Position numbers and translations under genes: made by a program. 64,000 bases of DNA from a virus. Lineage: Duplodnaviria; Caudoviricetes. Positions 30,159 through 42,815 of the stretch are shown piece by piece. Each line of letters starts with the position of its first letter. The first letter of the stretch is position 1. The stretch covers positions 32,001-96,000 of IMG/VR virus record IMGVR_UViG_3300027971_000029; one strand, given 5' to 3'. The notes beneath the pieces were generated by a model. The model was not told the DNA's origin, did no database searches, and saw nothing but the letters and a program-made list of their open reading frames with translations.

Positions 30159-33100
30159 TTATCACCTCTTCATAAGTTTGGTCAAACACTTCACGGATTG
30201 TGTAGATGCCGTCATCAAGATAACTGTATTGTACACTTAACATTCTAGCGGCCGTTTGGGCTTCAAGATAGTTAACAAAACAAAAACACTCACCGAACAC
30301 ACGATTAACAATCTCGCCATTTAGTTTGTGTCTCATGTTGTTTGCATCATAAGAACCAAGCATAGATTCATACTCGGTTGAATAAGCTACACGGTACCCG
30401 TCTGTAGTTTGTAAAATATAGACACCGTTCATATCATCACCATCACCTCTCCAGAATTACATAATCACCAAAATACTTGTCGAATGTTTGTAAAAGATGT
30501 TCATAGTCACCTTCTCTCATTTCGGATATAATTTTTTCACTGGGAAGTTTCAATTGATTTGCAAACCGATTAGCATAACCCATCAACGCAAATGCATTAC
30601 CATCAGGTCCAGTCAAATCGATAACAATTTCACGAGCAACAGTTTTATCACGAAACATAATAATCCTAAAACAACAATCCATTCAATCAAAGTATAGTGG
30701 CAATACGCTTTGTAGTACCAACCATAACGAGTCAGTCGGTTGTGTAAATCACTCAGGATTTTCAACAGACTTCCTACTGTCTTCCATTTCAAATTTAGTC
30801 ACCAGTATTGAGTACATGGCATAGATTAATGCAACGATACAGAGCCAACCTAGCAACTGAGGACTAACCATGGAAAATAAAACACCAGCACCCATGATAC
30901 CTGCTGTGGCAAGAGCCGCTTTAACTTTGGAATTCATAGAACAACCTTTCAAAAATACATTATACAACAAACCGTTCACTTTGTCAAGATGTTTTTTAGT
31001 GCCGCTTTGGCATCGTTGACATGCTCAACATCATCCATCAAACCGAGTTCATATACCATCATTTCATTACGAGCGATACGAATCAGTTCAAGGGCATATA
31101 TGATATCATCTTTATCTGAGTAGTGAAACCATTCATCAATAGTCTCTTGGTCAGACTGTAGCAAAAATTTCAGATTGTCTTTATCCCAATCATTCATTTT
31201 TGTAATTTTTTCAATCATTTCCCAATCATGCATATACTGCCTCCTTATTCATTGCGGCAGTCACAACCGCAACAGCATTAGAATCAAAACCACCAATGTG
31301 CCAACGATATTCATTGAATGGTGTATTGTATTGTTTCCAGTCGTATATGGTAACGGTCTCAATCTTTTCATCACCGTCCTCATCGACATAGAAAACATCA
31401 ATTGCCCACTCGCAGGTAGTTTTGTCGCCACCATCATTAGGACCATATTTAGGTTTACCAAAAATGCTCACAAGTTCATCATATGTGGTTTTGATATAAC
31501 CTTGCAGGCTAGTAAGATTTCCACTAGAACAAGACATGAGAACAATATTCATTTTAAATACTCCTTTTGAACAATCTTTTTCGCATCACTCAGCGATTTA
31601 AATTTCACTCCGTTGATGATGATGAATTTTGGACCATAGATTCTAGCCTCACCACCATCAAACGGAATACGATAAAATGTTTTGCCACCATCTACGACCT
31701 TCGACCGCTTTTTCTCAAAAAAAGGACCGTAAGTCAGGCCAGCGAACCGAAAGGTGTCTTCGAGTTCGGCGGCCGTTTGTGACCTTGCATAGGCAAGTGG
31801 TATCATTATGCAGTCACCGCATAAGGCTTATTCCAAGAACCGATGTTGCAGTGGAAATAATAAGCGGTGTCGAAATAATCAGTCATTGCATCGGAACGGT
31901 CGTAGTAATCACCAGCCATCAATGCTTTTTTGATTGCTTGCATGGCTTCGAGAGCCTTGCCACTGTAGTGGTCTTGGATCCAGTAGAGGTTCACTTGTTC
32001 GTGACCACTGGTGTTGGCTGTAAAGCCACGAGAAACTTGATAAAATGACTCGGAACAGGTTTTGTTACCGTTACCGATAAAATCGATAGAACCCGATTTC
32101 AAGGTCAAGGTGATACTGGAAGAACCAGCGCCTTTGAGGGAACCTTTGAGTTTGTACTTTTTCAGTACAGGCGCCAAAGCGGCGGCGATTTTTGCTTTTT
32201 TCTCTGTAGACACATAAGCCATAACGAAACTCCTTTATCAACTGAACAAACTACAGTATAACGCACTTTCGCCGCTTTGTCAAGTCTTTTTTGCGGTTGT
32301 TGCACAAAAACAACAACTTTTTTACACAATTCTTCCCAAGGATAGTTGCAAAAATTCGTCAAGTTCAGCATCAAAATTTCTACCAGTACGGCGTTTCTGA
32401 TAGATTTTATCTAACAGGCCATTTCCGTTACCATGACCAATAGGCATGTGAGTTTCAGCAAAATCATGCCCACGGGATTCGAGTTCTTCGACCAAATCTG
32501 CGGTATCAAATTCACTCAGGTCAATTTCAACTTCGGTAGTGATATAGCGGCTCATACGATTTTACCTTCTTCAATCAGAATGACAAAAGTGTCGAACAAT
32601 TTATTGAATTTCACATTATACAAGGTAGCTAATGCATTCATGTATTCATTCAAATCTTCGCCAGATAACATTTCATTCTCAGTAACCGCTTTGATATCAT
32701 CGACAATATTCGAGCAGTTTAGAATTTGCTGTTCTAGGTCAAATCGGTCAAGACCGCTACCAACATCAGCACTCACCGCATCTGCAATCACTCTTTTTTT
32801 CATAAAAAACTCCTAATTAATCTAAAGCAACACCATCCATGTACTTCTTACCAGTCCAATGGTCTTTAGTAACACAGATTCCATTTTGTTTCACTCCTAA
32901 CGGGTGTTTTTCAACAGCCCGTTTAAGAGCAACCTCACATTGTTTTTTCGATTCAAACTCAGTGACGGACCTATCCATATAGTCACCGCCAGGAGAGAAC
33001 ATAAAAACAATCAAAACCCAATTCATGCTTCTTTACCCTTTATAGGTTTTACCTTTGCAGTTGCACAAGTACCTTCAAGAACAGCAATAGTTACATTACC

Positions 33101-33703
33101 ACGAGCGGCGATGCCTCTCATATGTTCCTTTTGTTTATCTAGAGAGTTCACGCATAAGGACTCTTGAGTGTAGTAGGTATCAGGTTGCATGAATTCGCAG
33201 GTGCCATTCATACAGATAACTAGAATAGGTATAAAAATTTCAATCATTGTTCAACTCCATGAAATAACGACCAAATGAAATCAATATCAGCATCCTCTAT
33301 TTGATAATATAATATTTCGTTGAATATCTCTTCAGCTTTGTCGCCCACATACTCAAATTCATACAACGATTCATCATCTTTTGTTCCAAGAGATAGTTCG
33401 TTAGAAAACACTAACATAGGATTATCCGACACTCCCAAAACAGCATCAAAAAAATCCAATTTCATATAACGACCATCGATATAATCTGGATGTTCTTTAT
33501 TCATTCTAATATAACAAGTTTTACTCATTCTTCAACTCCAAAAGCAGTTTCTTAAATTCATCCATTTTAGCTAACTGTATAGTATGTAGATAAATGTACA
33601 TTTTCGCCTCATCTGGCCAAGATTTTGTCATTTCTAGCAATTCTGGATTTACCTCTTCTGCAAGTCCAGAAACAATATATTTCATATTTTCATAGTTGTA
33701 CAT
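30151..33703 (-). other. Run of small early hypothetical ORFs
   Basis: Abutting - strand ORFs 30151-30432, 30443-30682, 30749-30979, 30976-31233, 31226-31552, 31549-31806, 31806-32222, 32552-32803, 32817-33026, 33023-33247, 33244-33528, 33521-33703 and 32322-32555. Confidence 0.65.
32255..32283 (-). promoter_or_regulatory. Early sigma70 promoter
   Basis: TTGACA-N17-TATACT. Confidence 0.8.
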
Positions 33704-34136
33704 CTAAAGACTCCTTAAATTTCTGCCATCTCAATGCTTTTTGTTCAGTATTAGGGCGATGTTTTTTTGATATATTGTCACCATTGATTCTTGTCTTTAC
33801 AGCATGACAACATGCACAGAGGGTTTGCAAATTTGCAGGATCGGCTCTTTCACCATCAGGATCGATATGGTCAATAGTCAATTGTGCATCCATGATAATG
33901 GTTGTGGTGCATTTGAAGCCCAAGCGACTATCAGTATTCTCACAATAATTTTTGCGGAATTGCTTGTAGTCCCAATCCAACATTTTATATTTTTCTTTGT
34001 GATGCCTAGAACACCGCTTATGGTATCGGCCGCCACCAAGAGAGTCTCTAGGTTGGTCACAATCGGGAACAATACACGGATTCATCTCCGCAATTTCTTC
34101 TTCACCCCATAGGGTACGAATCAATGCTATAGTCAT
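33690..34136 (-). CDS. HNH endonuclease
   Basis: LTIDHID..NLQTLCACCHAVKT. Confidence 0.85.
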   Translation of the reverse strand: MTIALIRTLWGEEEIAEMNPCIVPDCDQPRDSLGGGRYHKRCSRHHKEKYKMLDWDYKQFRKNYCENTDSRLGFKCTTTIIMDAQLTIDHIDPDGERADPANLQTLCACCHAVKTRINGDNISKKHRPNTEQKALRWQKFKESLDVQL

Positions 34137-35043
34137 TCTTCAACTCCGAAATGTTTTAAAACATATGTACCAGGGCTTGCCCATTGATGTGTATTAATTG
34201 TTGCAATATCGGCACATTCCCGCACAATCAACTCGGCAAACTTTTCTGTGTAATATCTTGGATACTGGTCATAATCAGCACCTTCATCTATCAGTTCGCC
34301 AGCATAGATTTCAGCCTGTTCGGCAAGTTGTCGAATTCGTTCATTCATTTGTATCGTCTCCAGAAAGTTGTAAAGTCTGGACGGATAACATATTCCCATC
34401 CTTCGGGTATATGTTCAGGAAAGTAATGTGTTTTACCATTGCTATGTTTGTATAGTTTCATTCCTCAACTCCGAAAAATTGTTTGATACCCTTGCTGGCA
34501 TCATTCACAGCCATTTCGTATCCGTAGTCATGGTCGGACCAGTATTGCTGTTCTTCGCACAGACATTCTTTCTGTTCTTCCACAATGCTGATACATTCTT
34601 TAATAATCAACTCGGCGAACCTTTGTTGGAAGTCTTCTTGAAAAACTACAATATCTCCAGTTCGCTCAATTATATCATCATAAGCCTGAGCGGACAGTTC
34701 TTTAAATCGTTCATTCATGTCAAAATATTCCTTATAACCTCAATTGCTATTTGCACATCCGTAGGGTCAAGGTTCAATTTATGCGATATCTCAAGCAGGT
34801 TGTAACCTCGCTCAAGAAGTTCTCGGACTTGGGAAATGATATAATTTTTCATCCTGACCTCGCCATTAAGTGGTAGACATTGCTTGTAATAACCGCAGTC
34901 TCATTATACAACTTTTCACGGTCCATTGCAAATAGCAAAGCGGTATCTCTGTCAGGTGTCAGCATTAATTGCCGATTCTCAAAAACCACAGAATACATTT
35001 CGCCTTGCTTTGTTATCTCAGCGCCAGTGATGAGGATTTTCAT
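34133..35043 (-). other. Small hypothetical ORFs including two paralogues (MNER..FAELI..EC..FGVEE)
   Basis: 34133-34399 and 34458-34718 share these motifs; also 34849-35043. Confidence 0.6.
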
Positions 35044-35345
35044 ACAGTTCCTTCGATAATGGTTAGTGAATCTTCATCATCATAACCATTTGGAACTACC
35101 TCTTCACCGTAAGTCAATTTATACAGATTAATAATTCTGCCAAAATTTCGCATGTAACGATTAACAATCTGAGTAACACGATTACGAGAAAGACCGTGAC
35201 GGCGACCAACTTCTGCACATGTTTCGTTATGGTAGAGTACCTCAGCGAGAATACTCATATCTCGACCACGCCGCTGATGTTCAGAAAAGATACCAACTAG
35301 TTGTTTTTTATACAACTCATATTCGGGTTGGGAAAGGGTAGTCAT
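35040..35345 (-). CDS. Sigma70 region-4-like HTH protein
   Basis: ETCAEVGRRHGLSRNRVTQI resembles the TLEEVG..F.VTRERIRQI HTH; start moved to 35345. Confidence 0.55.
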   Translation of the reverse strand: MTTLSQPEYELYKKQLVGIFSEHQRRGRDMSILAEVLYHNETCAEVGRRHGLSRNRVTQIVNRYMRNFGRIINLYKLTYGEEVVPNGYDDEDSLTIIEGTV

Positions 35346-35352
35346 ACAAATC

Positions 35353-35616
35353 CTAGTTATCGAATTCACAGCCGATATCAGCGGTATCGGCTTCATACTT
35401 AGCAACCGCCGATTTTGCATCGGACACAAAACTGACATATTTGTGTTCAAGGATAACACGGTCACGGATAGCACCATACACCACCACAGGTGTATCAAGA
35501 ACAACAGTGTGGACAACCTCACCGCCGTATGCTACACGGCTGAGTTCCACAACACCTGACACGGCGATTTCGCCCATGTAGAGACCAGTAACTGACATGT
35601 TTTCAAGATTCCACAT
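35353..35616 (-). CDS. Hypothetical early protein
   Basis: First ORF after promoter 35649-35677. Confidence 0.65.
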   Translation of the reverse strand: MWNLENMSVTGLYMGEIAVSGVVELSRVAYGGEVVHTVVLDTPVVVYGAIRDRVILEHKYVSFVSDAKSAVAKYEADTADIGCEFDN

Positions 35617-35648
35617 TTTCGAAAGTCCTTATCAACTGAACAGATTAC

Positions 35649-35677
35649 AGTATACTCTACATGGGTAGAAATGTCAA
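35649..35677 (-). promoter_or_regulatory. Early sigma70 promoter
   Basis: TTGACA-N17-TATACT. Confidence 0.8.
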
Positions 35678-35707
35678 GCAGAAAAAGTTGTTATTTTTGT
35701 TGTATTT

Positions 35708-36274
35708 TCACAACGGAACCGGAGCATAACTACGGGCCCAAGAAGTACTTTTCCGATAAGGGTGTTCATCCGCTAAATCCCATGCTTGTGACACTAATGA
35801 AGATTTTAACTCAGGTATAATACCCAAAAAGTGATAATATTCACCACTCGGTTTATCAGCCCACATTGCATCAGCAAACTGTAAAAAAGGTTCTTCAGAC
35901 AAGTCTTTTTTTATGGTGTGAAATTCATCAATAGTCAAATTGAACCATTCACCTTTTATTTTTTTTTCACGATACTTGTCATGTAGAAAATATTCAACAT
36001 TAAAGGGTTCAAGAATTTCAGGAGAAATTTTATCCACATATAGTTTCACCCAATTACCCGAAGAAAAATCTTTAAGGCGATTCGATACTCCCTTGATAGT
36101 TTTCGATACCCCGATTTTAACCGGACATTCACCGATACCTTTAAACCATTTTTTCGGCACTTCCTCTGGGCGAATCAAATAAACATGCCCCGAATTTAAA
36201 CGCATAGCCCGCTGGTCAATTGGGCATATATTGTCATTATAAAAACCAAATTCACGAGACTCAAACATAATCAA
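35708..36274 (-). CDS. GIY-YIG-like (T5orf172/MUG113) nuclease
   Basis: HVYLI..VKIGVS..RLK..GN..VE..LH..KGEWF. Confidence 0.8.
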   Translation of the reverse strand: MIMFESREFGFYNDNICPIDQRAMRLNSGHVYLIRPEEVPKKWFKGIGECPVKIGVSKTIKGVSNRLKDFSSGNWVKLYVDKISPEILEPFNVEYFLHDKYREKKIKGEWFNLTIDEFHTIKKDLSEEPFLQFADAMWADKPSGEYYHFLGIIPELKSSLVSQAWDLADEHPYRKSTSWARSYAPVPL

Positions 36275-36649
36275 TCCTCTTTCATTTTACTCAGAATAGA
36301 CAAGCGAGGAAGTACCATTTTCCTCTAGTGTAGTGAATGGACAACCAAAGTGCATGATATCACGCCCTTGAATATCTTCTTCAACATTCAGAAATTCCAC
36401 TTCTTCAGTAGAATGATACTGTAGACAATGCTGGCAGTATACTTTGAAATATCTTTCCATTTCACAACTCCAAAACAAAGGTGGTTGTTCCGTCAGGATG
36501 AACATGTTTTGTTACAATGCGCCAGCCACTCTTACTGAATTCCGCAAGTTTCTTTTTAGTGTAACTAGGCTTGCCATTAATCACTTTCCGTAAAACGGCA
36601 ATTTCATTATCGATAATCATACCAGACTCCGTAAAACCTCTAGTCATAA

Positions 36650-37408
36650 TTAAGCCGCTTTCAATAACATAACAGTAGGATACTTCACAAAACCAGTGGT
36701 GTCTTTTTTAGCCTTGCCTTTTGCGTACAAGCCAACAATAACACCATGCGGGTCAAGGAATCTTAAATCGGATTCATCGCCGTTAAACACAGGAATACCC
36801 ATGTAAGTCTCAGGCATCGGCAGGGTTTTCTTGATACCGAAAACAGTAGCAATATTGTAACCTTGTGCAATAGCCTTAGCAACATCCGCATCATTTCCAT
36901 CAGCCGCTGAGAATGTCAATTGATAATTCTCATAGGTAACAGTCTTACGACCAAGAATTTTGGTGTAGTCATAGAATTGGCAATCAGGAAATGCAGAGAA
37001 AATATTGCGATACATCACACCGTCACGGACTACTTCGTATTTTTCGAATGCGATATCCGAAGTACCATTCAAACGGAACACAGGAATCATGTCGATTTTA
37101 CCAGCTTGCTTGATAGCCAACTCAATGTCTTTCACGAGCATAGCCATGAAGTCAACACGGTTCTCGAAAAACATCTTGGTTTTGCGAATACGAGCCTTTT
37201 GAATCACATTGGTGGTTTCACCTTTTTTGAACATACCGCCACGACCAGCAGTATTCAGGCAAGCGGCTGTACAACCAGCGGTTCGTTTAGCGCAGGTCTC
37301 ATAACCACTCAGGTTTGCTGGCGCTAGGTGCAGAATGTAGGTCATGTAACCTTGCGACATTCCTTTAAGGACTTTGGGATTTCCGACTGAAAGTAATTTC
37401 ATATACAC
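36650..37408 (-). CDS. GP88-like phage protein with Cys cluster
   Basis: TCAKRTAGCTAACL, FRLNGTSD, QFYDYTK and GDESDLRFLD motifs. Confidence 0.7.
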   Translation of the reverse strand: MYMKLLSVGNPKVLKGMSQGYMTYILHLAPANLSGYETCAKRTAGCTAACLNTAGRGGMFKKGETTNVIQKARIRKTKMFFENRVDFMAMLVKDIELAIKQAGKIDMIPVFRLNGTSDIAFEKYEVVRDGVMYRNIFSAFPDCQFYDYTKILGRKTVTYENYQLTFSAADGNDADVAKAIAQGYNIATVFGIKKTLPMPETYMGIPVFNGDESDLRFLDPHGVIVGLYAKGKAKKDTTGFVKYPTVMLLKAA

Positions 37409-37428
37409 CTCTTAACTAATCAGACTAC

Positions 37429-39947
37429 AGTATACCTCATATGGGTACAATTGTCAAGTGTTTTTTTGTTGTATTTTTACAACATGTCCAATTGAATTTG
37501 GTATGACTGCTCTTTCATTTCATGGTCGAATGTTCGTATTGTAGTACCAACACCACCACAATTCTCAGTCTTTATGATATGCAACGCATTGAGCAATGCT
37601 GTGGTTTGTGTGGTGAAAGGACCAGCAACAAGGTCTTGAATTGTTGTAATATAGCCAACACCATTGACAATAGCACGAACCCGTTGGCTGTTTTTGAAAC
37701 CAGGAACACTTTGTTTAGTACGCATATACAATCCTCAATTAAACATAAAAGTCGGAAGTGAGACCAAGTTCATCATAGACCATCTCACGGACTACAGTGT
37801 CAAAGGCTTCGGCAAATTGTGCATAATTAGCGAGTTTGCGGAGGTCAGCCTCAACATCAGGCCAAGGGCTTTTAACCGCTTTGTGATACATGACAAGACC
37901 AGAGACAGCTTTGGCACCGTCTTTAGAGAACATACCGTATTTCATCTTTTTTCCTTAACCGAGGGTTTTAACAGAACCTGACACGGAAGCACCAATCAGG
38001 ACCAGGATACTAAAAACACAGAGAATCGTAAACATCTTTTTTCCTTTTCAATCTCAACTAACTTAACTACAGTATAGCGCAAATCGGTAGAAATGTCAAG
38101 TGTTTTCTTGTTGTATTTTTGCAACACTATGCAAATTCATAAAACTTAACGGAAGGGTCAAGTTTTTGCAGTTCTTTAGCGGCTTTGGTCAAAGTCTTGT
38201 AACGAGCCTGTACTTGGCTACGGCTCAGTTCACCGTCACAAGTCAGGTTTTCGGGACTCAAATCCGAATCGATGCTATCAGCAATGGATTGGCGGTCAGC
38301 GGCATTTTGCAAACTTAGTTGTCGGCTACCGAAGATTTTAGCAAATGCATTTTTTCGGTCAACATAGGCAGTGAGGGACATTTTGTTTCCTTTTCGATTA
38401 ATCAGACTACAGTATACACCAGATTGGTAGAAATGTCAAGTGTTTTTTACGCACTAATTTCAAAAAGTTTGCCTTCGCAACCTGATGTTACAGTGATTTT
38501 TTTGCCACCGATTGTGATGTAGCCGTAGCAACCATCATCATAGATGCCGAAAGGGCAGGGTTCGATTGTCACGGACCGAACAATCTCGCAAAACCCCCAC
38601 CGCTTTGTGGGCAGGGTGCCACCGAAATACCTCATATTTTCTATGGAGGTGATTAGGACTTTTGCTTTCATCGGTGACCTTTCTTACTAACTTAACTACA
38701 GTATAGCGCAGTTCTACCGATTTGTCAAGTGTTTTTAATGTATACTTTAGTGTATACGGGAAACATCATTGTTCCATCGGGTCGCCAAGTGTGTACTCAG
38801 TAATCCACTCAATGGTAAATTTTTCGCCTTTGTGTTCTTTCACATAGGAAATCATTGTATCAAGGTCACGGAAAATCAGGCTTCCGAGTTCATTCGTAAT
38901 TCTAAACATTATTTTCTTTCAAAGTAGCGATAAGGGAGACCGTTCAGGAAACAGAAGTATTCCCAGTCACCATTGGCGGTGCTAGCCTCCATAATCCAAC
39001 GAAGTGCAGTTTCACGGTCACGAGCACCCATGCAAATGGTGTTGATAACATGCTGTTCGAAGTTCTTTACAGCGGTGGCTTCAGCGGCTTCACGAGCCAC
39101 AGCCTCTGCATCGATAACATTAGCGAGTAAGTCAAACTCAGCCATGAAGTCAGCTTCGGTCCAGCTGGAAGTGTCGATACCACGAGGGCGAACACCATAG
39201 GCGTCCTTGTACATGTCCCAGTACTGGCACTGCAACTGCTCTAGGACAGTCATCTCTTCCCAGCTTGTAAAAACTTCATTCATATCAATTCCTTAGTTCG
39301 ACCAAAAAGATTCGGAACGGGGTGAGCAATGGTACGGTGTATCGTATCGTTCTTGGAATTCTTTACCAGTCATCAGATTACGAGTAGTCACAAAGGTTGC
39401 GAACACTTCAACGACAAAACCATTCTCACGGATGCTATCAGCAACGGACTTGATAGCGGCATCGGTGGAAGGTGCAAAATCACGCACTTCAACCAAACGG
39501 CGACCTGCTTTGGTACGCTTATCGGTCTTGTAAATTTCGAGGGTGTATTCTTTCATTGCAGACATTTGGTTTCCTTTTCTTACTAACTTAACTACAGTAT
39601 ACAACAGATTGGCACACTTGTCAAGCAATAAAAGTTGTTATTTGCCAGTAATTTTTCAACTGGCGACCTCGGGGATCCGATCCCTCTGTCTTAATCGTAC
39701 AAGCACTCAAAGGCGTATTGTTCATCACTCATGGTCTGAGCCGCAAGCAAATCAACAGAAATCACTTCGAGAAAGGACTCAACCTGTTCAACAGGAAACT
39801 TCACAATCTCAGCAATCTCAGCACTATCGTAACCAGCACAGGCTAGTTCTTCGATACTGAGGGCTAGGTCGGACATCTTACTCATTTTTTCAACTCACTT
39901 TTTTGCTAACTTGAATGTATTATAGCGCAATTCGGTACAATTGTCAA
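37429..39947 (-). promoter_or_regulatory. Cluster of near-identical early promoters, each preceding 1-2 small ORFs
   Basis: TTGACA-N17-TATACT/TATAAT at 37429-37457, 38071-38099, 38411-38439, 38700-38728, 39596-39624 and 39919-39947, mostly followed by GTAGT. Confidence 0.85.
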
Positions 39948-40753
39948 GCACTATTTGTTGTTATTTTGCTCAAGCGCCAGCGACTTTGATAGTTGCAACT
40001 CCTCTTGCAGTTCTCGCTGATTCAACTGTTCGCCAATCTCAATCAGCAACTCATGCAAGGCTTCGGTTTTGAGGTACAGGTTGTCGATTTGTGGGTCATA
40101 CAACCTAGTGAATGTTCTCAACTTCCAATCTACAGCATCCACCGCTTGGCAGAGTTCATTGTACTTGGCGTTAATTTCATCAATGTTTTTCATAGGTTCA
40201 CCTTGCAAATAACAATCTCAACTCATAACGAGCACCTAAACGGCTAGAGAACCAACGGGCTAAGCCGCTATCATAGTCTTGGCAGAGACCAGTGTTCCAT
40301 CCTGTTGCTGGTGGTGTGGGGTGTGTCGTTTTCATAGGTGTATTATATCGCAACTCTGCCGATTAGTCACACACTATAGTTGCGATTTACTTGCTACGGC
40401 GATATTCTTTTCCGTCTATGATAAGCACATGGTTATAGGAATCAGCATCGACTTCGTTCACTTTAGTTTGCAACTGTTGCAAACCTTGGTGGGCTAGTTC
40501 TATGCACTTTGTGGGACCGAGAGTAGCAATTACCAGACCCAATATGATACCAACAATAAAATGCATGTTAACGACCTCCGTTGGATGCTTTGCAATAGCC
40601 AAGATTCTTCAGTTCAGCAACTTTGTGTCCGTTGTAGGAAATGCTTCCCCGTTTCATTGGCCAAGTTCTTTCAGCAGGTCGAGCCTTGCGAGTAGCTAAG
40701 ACTGACACATAGACACCAAGTTCTTCGTTGAAATATTTGTTAACAACTTTCAT
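37477..40753 (-). other. Small early hypothetical ORFs
   Basis: 37477-37731, 37739-37945, 38127-38381, 38447-38671, 38909-39283, 39293-39628, 39691-39885, 39951-40208, 40387-40602, 40568-40753. Confidence 0.65.
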
Positions 40754-40762
40754 TGTGTTTCC

Positions 40763-41080
40763 TTAGAATGTATTCAGTGAGGGATTCAGTTCAGAAATCA
40801 ACTGTCGTTCTCGCTGGTGCGCTGGTTTGCGACCACGGACAACTTCAATCACTTGATAGGTCCATGTACAGTCACTCAGTTCACGGAGAGCCGTACACAT
40901 AGCCCATGCTTTATTCTCGCACTTAGCACGGCTCATATGCTTTTGCCAGCGGACTTTGACCGAACGGAGATATGCTTGTCCTTGCGCTACAGTCAGGCCG
41001 ATGTAGCTATCGCCAGTGTCTATGCACTCTACACGATACAGCACATGGTTTCTGTCTTGGCGGGGTTTTCTTTTCAGCAT
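40763..41080 (-). CDS. Small GIY-YIG nuclease-like protein
   Basis: VLYRVEC..GDSYIGLT..RW.KH..ERQLI..PSLN; promoter 41087-41115. Confidence 0.75.
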   Translation of the reverse strand: MLKRKPRQDRNHVLYRVECIDTGDSYIGLTVAQGQAYLRSVKVRWQKHMSRAKCENKAWAMCTALRELSDCTWTYQVIEVVRGRKPAHQRERQLISELNPSLNTF

Positions 41081-41404
41081 ATGCATATAATAGCACAAAC
41101 TGGCAGTAATGTCAAGTACTATTGTTGCGATTAAAATACACTTTCAAAATTGTCGGACATAACTTCAGCACGAGCAAACTCAACTGTATCACGAACTCGG
41201 TCTTTCATTGGGAGTTCGGAATATTCTATTTTGGTTTGGTTCTCAGATATCATTATTTGATTGGACAAATAATAGACAACTTCAAGCAATTCGGTGTAGG
41301 TGGGTTTCATAATTTTTCTGCTTTCTCAATCTATGGATAGAGTATAGCACTAAATGTCACACTTGTCAAGCACTTTTAGTTGCGAAAATACAACAAGATT
41401 TGTG

Positions 41405-41433
41405 TTGACAGGCTCGGATTTCTGTGATATAAT
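41405..41433 (+). promoter_or_regulatory. Consensus sigma70 promoter on the + strand, divergent from the - promoter at 41341-41369
   Basis: TTGACA-N17-TATAAT with extended TG. Confidence 0.65.
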
Positions 41434-41444
41434 AGAGGGTTACG

Positions 41445-41771
41445 CTACCACTTGCCGCTTACATCCCAGCCTTCGTAGCCATCCATGTCTGGTATGTCTG
41501 GCACACCCACTGCGAATTCATCGATACTCACTGAGTCACTCTGTTCGCCACTGTTTATTCTTCGTATCTTCTCTAGTGTAGCGACACCCTCTGGTGTTTG
41601 CTGATACTCAAGCATGGCGATTCTGCGCTTTTCGTTAGTGTCTTCGCTGTGTTCTCGCACATTACCACACGATGCAGAGCAATATGGTCCTCTTTTGCGG
41701 TGTTTTATCCCACACCTCGGGCATTCTTTCTCTCTGAAGATTCCTGGCATATTTAATAATACCGTTTGCAC
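41445..41771 (-). CDS. Hypothetical Cys-rich protein
   Basis: CPRCG..YCSASC. Confidence 0.55.
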   Translation of the reverse strand: MQTVLLNMPGIFREKECPRCGIKHRKRGPYCSASCGNVREHSEDTNEKRRIAMLEYQQTPEGVATLEKIRRINSGEQSDSVSIDEFAVGVPDIPDMDGYEGWDVSGKW

Positions 41772-42419
41772 CCCACATTATGACACATTATTGCACTGCC
41801 GTTTCACTCTTTCTTCTTTCTTTTTTAATCTTCTTAGAGTCTTAGCATCTCTGAGTCTTTTCTGAAATTCTCTGTGTGCTTCTAATGCTTTAATCTCTTC
41901 TCTGACCATCATAGCGATTAGTTGCACCTGTGTGTCTTTCAGTGGCAGATTGTGTTTAATGAAGAATTGAATTATCTCATTATATGTAAATGTCTTTGGT
42001 TTCATATTATTGCACTCTATTATGTTCTTTATTCATATCTTGATTCCCGCCAGTCATTTCTTAATTTAAGAAGTATTTTAGTTGATTCGCCAGCATCTGA
42101 TGAATAAAGCAAAACATCAAATATGCGTTCTAATTCTTGGTTAGGTCGGTTGTACCATGTGCCAATGAATCTACCATGCGGATTTCTTATACCTCTTATT
42201 GTATTTGGTCCTGAGACATATACATGAGCCGATGGTGTCAATATCTTTCTTTTAATCCAATCACAATACTCGGCCCAGTTGCCTGCGATAATATAGTTTT
42301 TCATTGTGCCATTAGTGCAATTGTTAATAGAAACCACCAGCCGGACCAGTTATATGTTACCATGAGAAACACTGTTCCGGCTACTAGTGCAAGATTGTAT
42401 ATCAGTTTCATTGCTACTA

Positions 42420-42815
42420 TCATTTTGTTTGCTCTGCTAGTTTCTTATATCCTGCCCAACTCGGATGCACTTTGTCTGCTTGTAGGTTTGATATGGGTAA
42501 CACTGTATCACCATAGTCCTTCGCTACTAACTGAACCATCTGTTGTATATCAGGTTTGATTGCTGGCAATATCCAGAATACTCTAGCGGCTTCGACTTTT
42601 GCTCTTAACTGTTGCAGTTCCCATAGTGTACGAACACCTGCATGGTCGTTTGAACCTAGACTGATAATCACTGTGTTTGCATTCAGTTTTCTATTCGCAT
42701 TCTGTTTGTTCCATTGCCAGCTATTAATACCGCCTTTAGCATATGCGACACACTCAGGTTTGAATTGATGTGTGCCAACTGCAATACTATCACCTACAAT
42801 CAAACAATCAATCAT
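42420..42815 (-). CDS. SGNH/GDSL hydrolase-like protein
   Basis: VGDSIAVG, SLGSND and DKVHP blocks. Confidence 0.8.
   Translation of the reverse strand: MIDCLIVGDSIAVGTHQFKPECVAYAKGGINSWQWNKQNANRKLNANTVIISLGSNDHAGVRTLWELQQLRAKVEAARVFWILPAIKPDIQQMVQLVAKDYGDTVLPISNLQADKVHPSWAGYKKLAEQTK

Noticed and set aside
37429-39947. Repeated CTACAGTATA...TGTCAAG units as a CRISPR or other repeat array
   Set aside because: Spacing is irregular, each unit matches -10/-35 boxes 17 bp apart, and each precedes an ORF; they are promoters.
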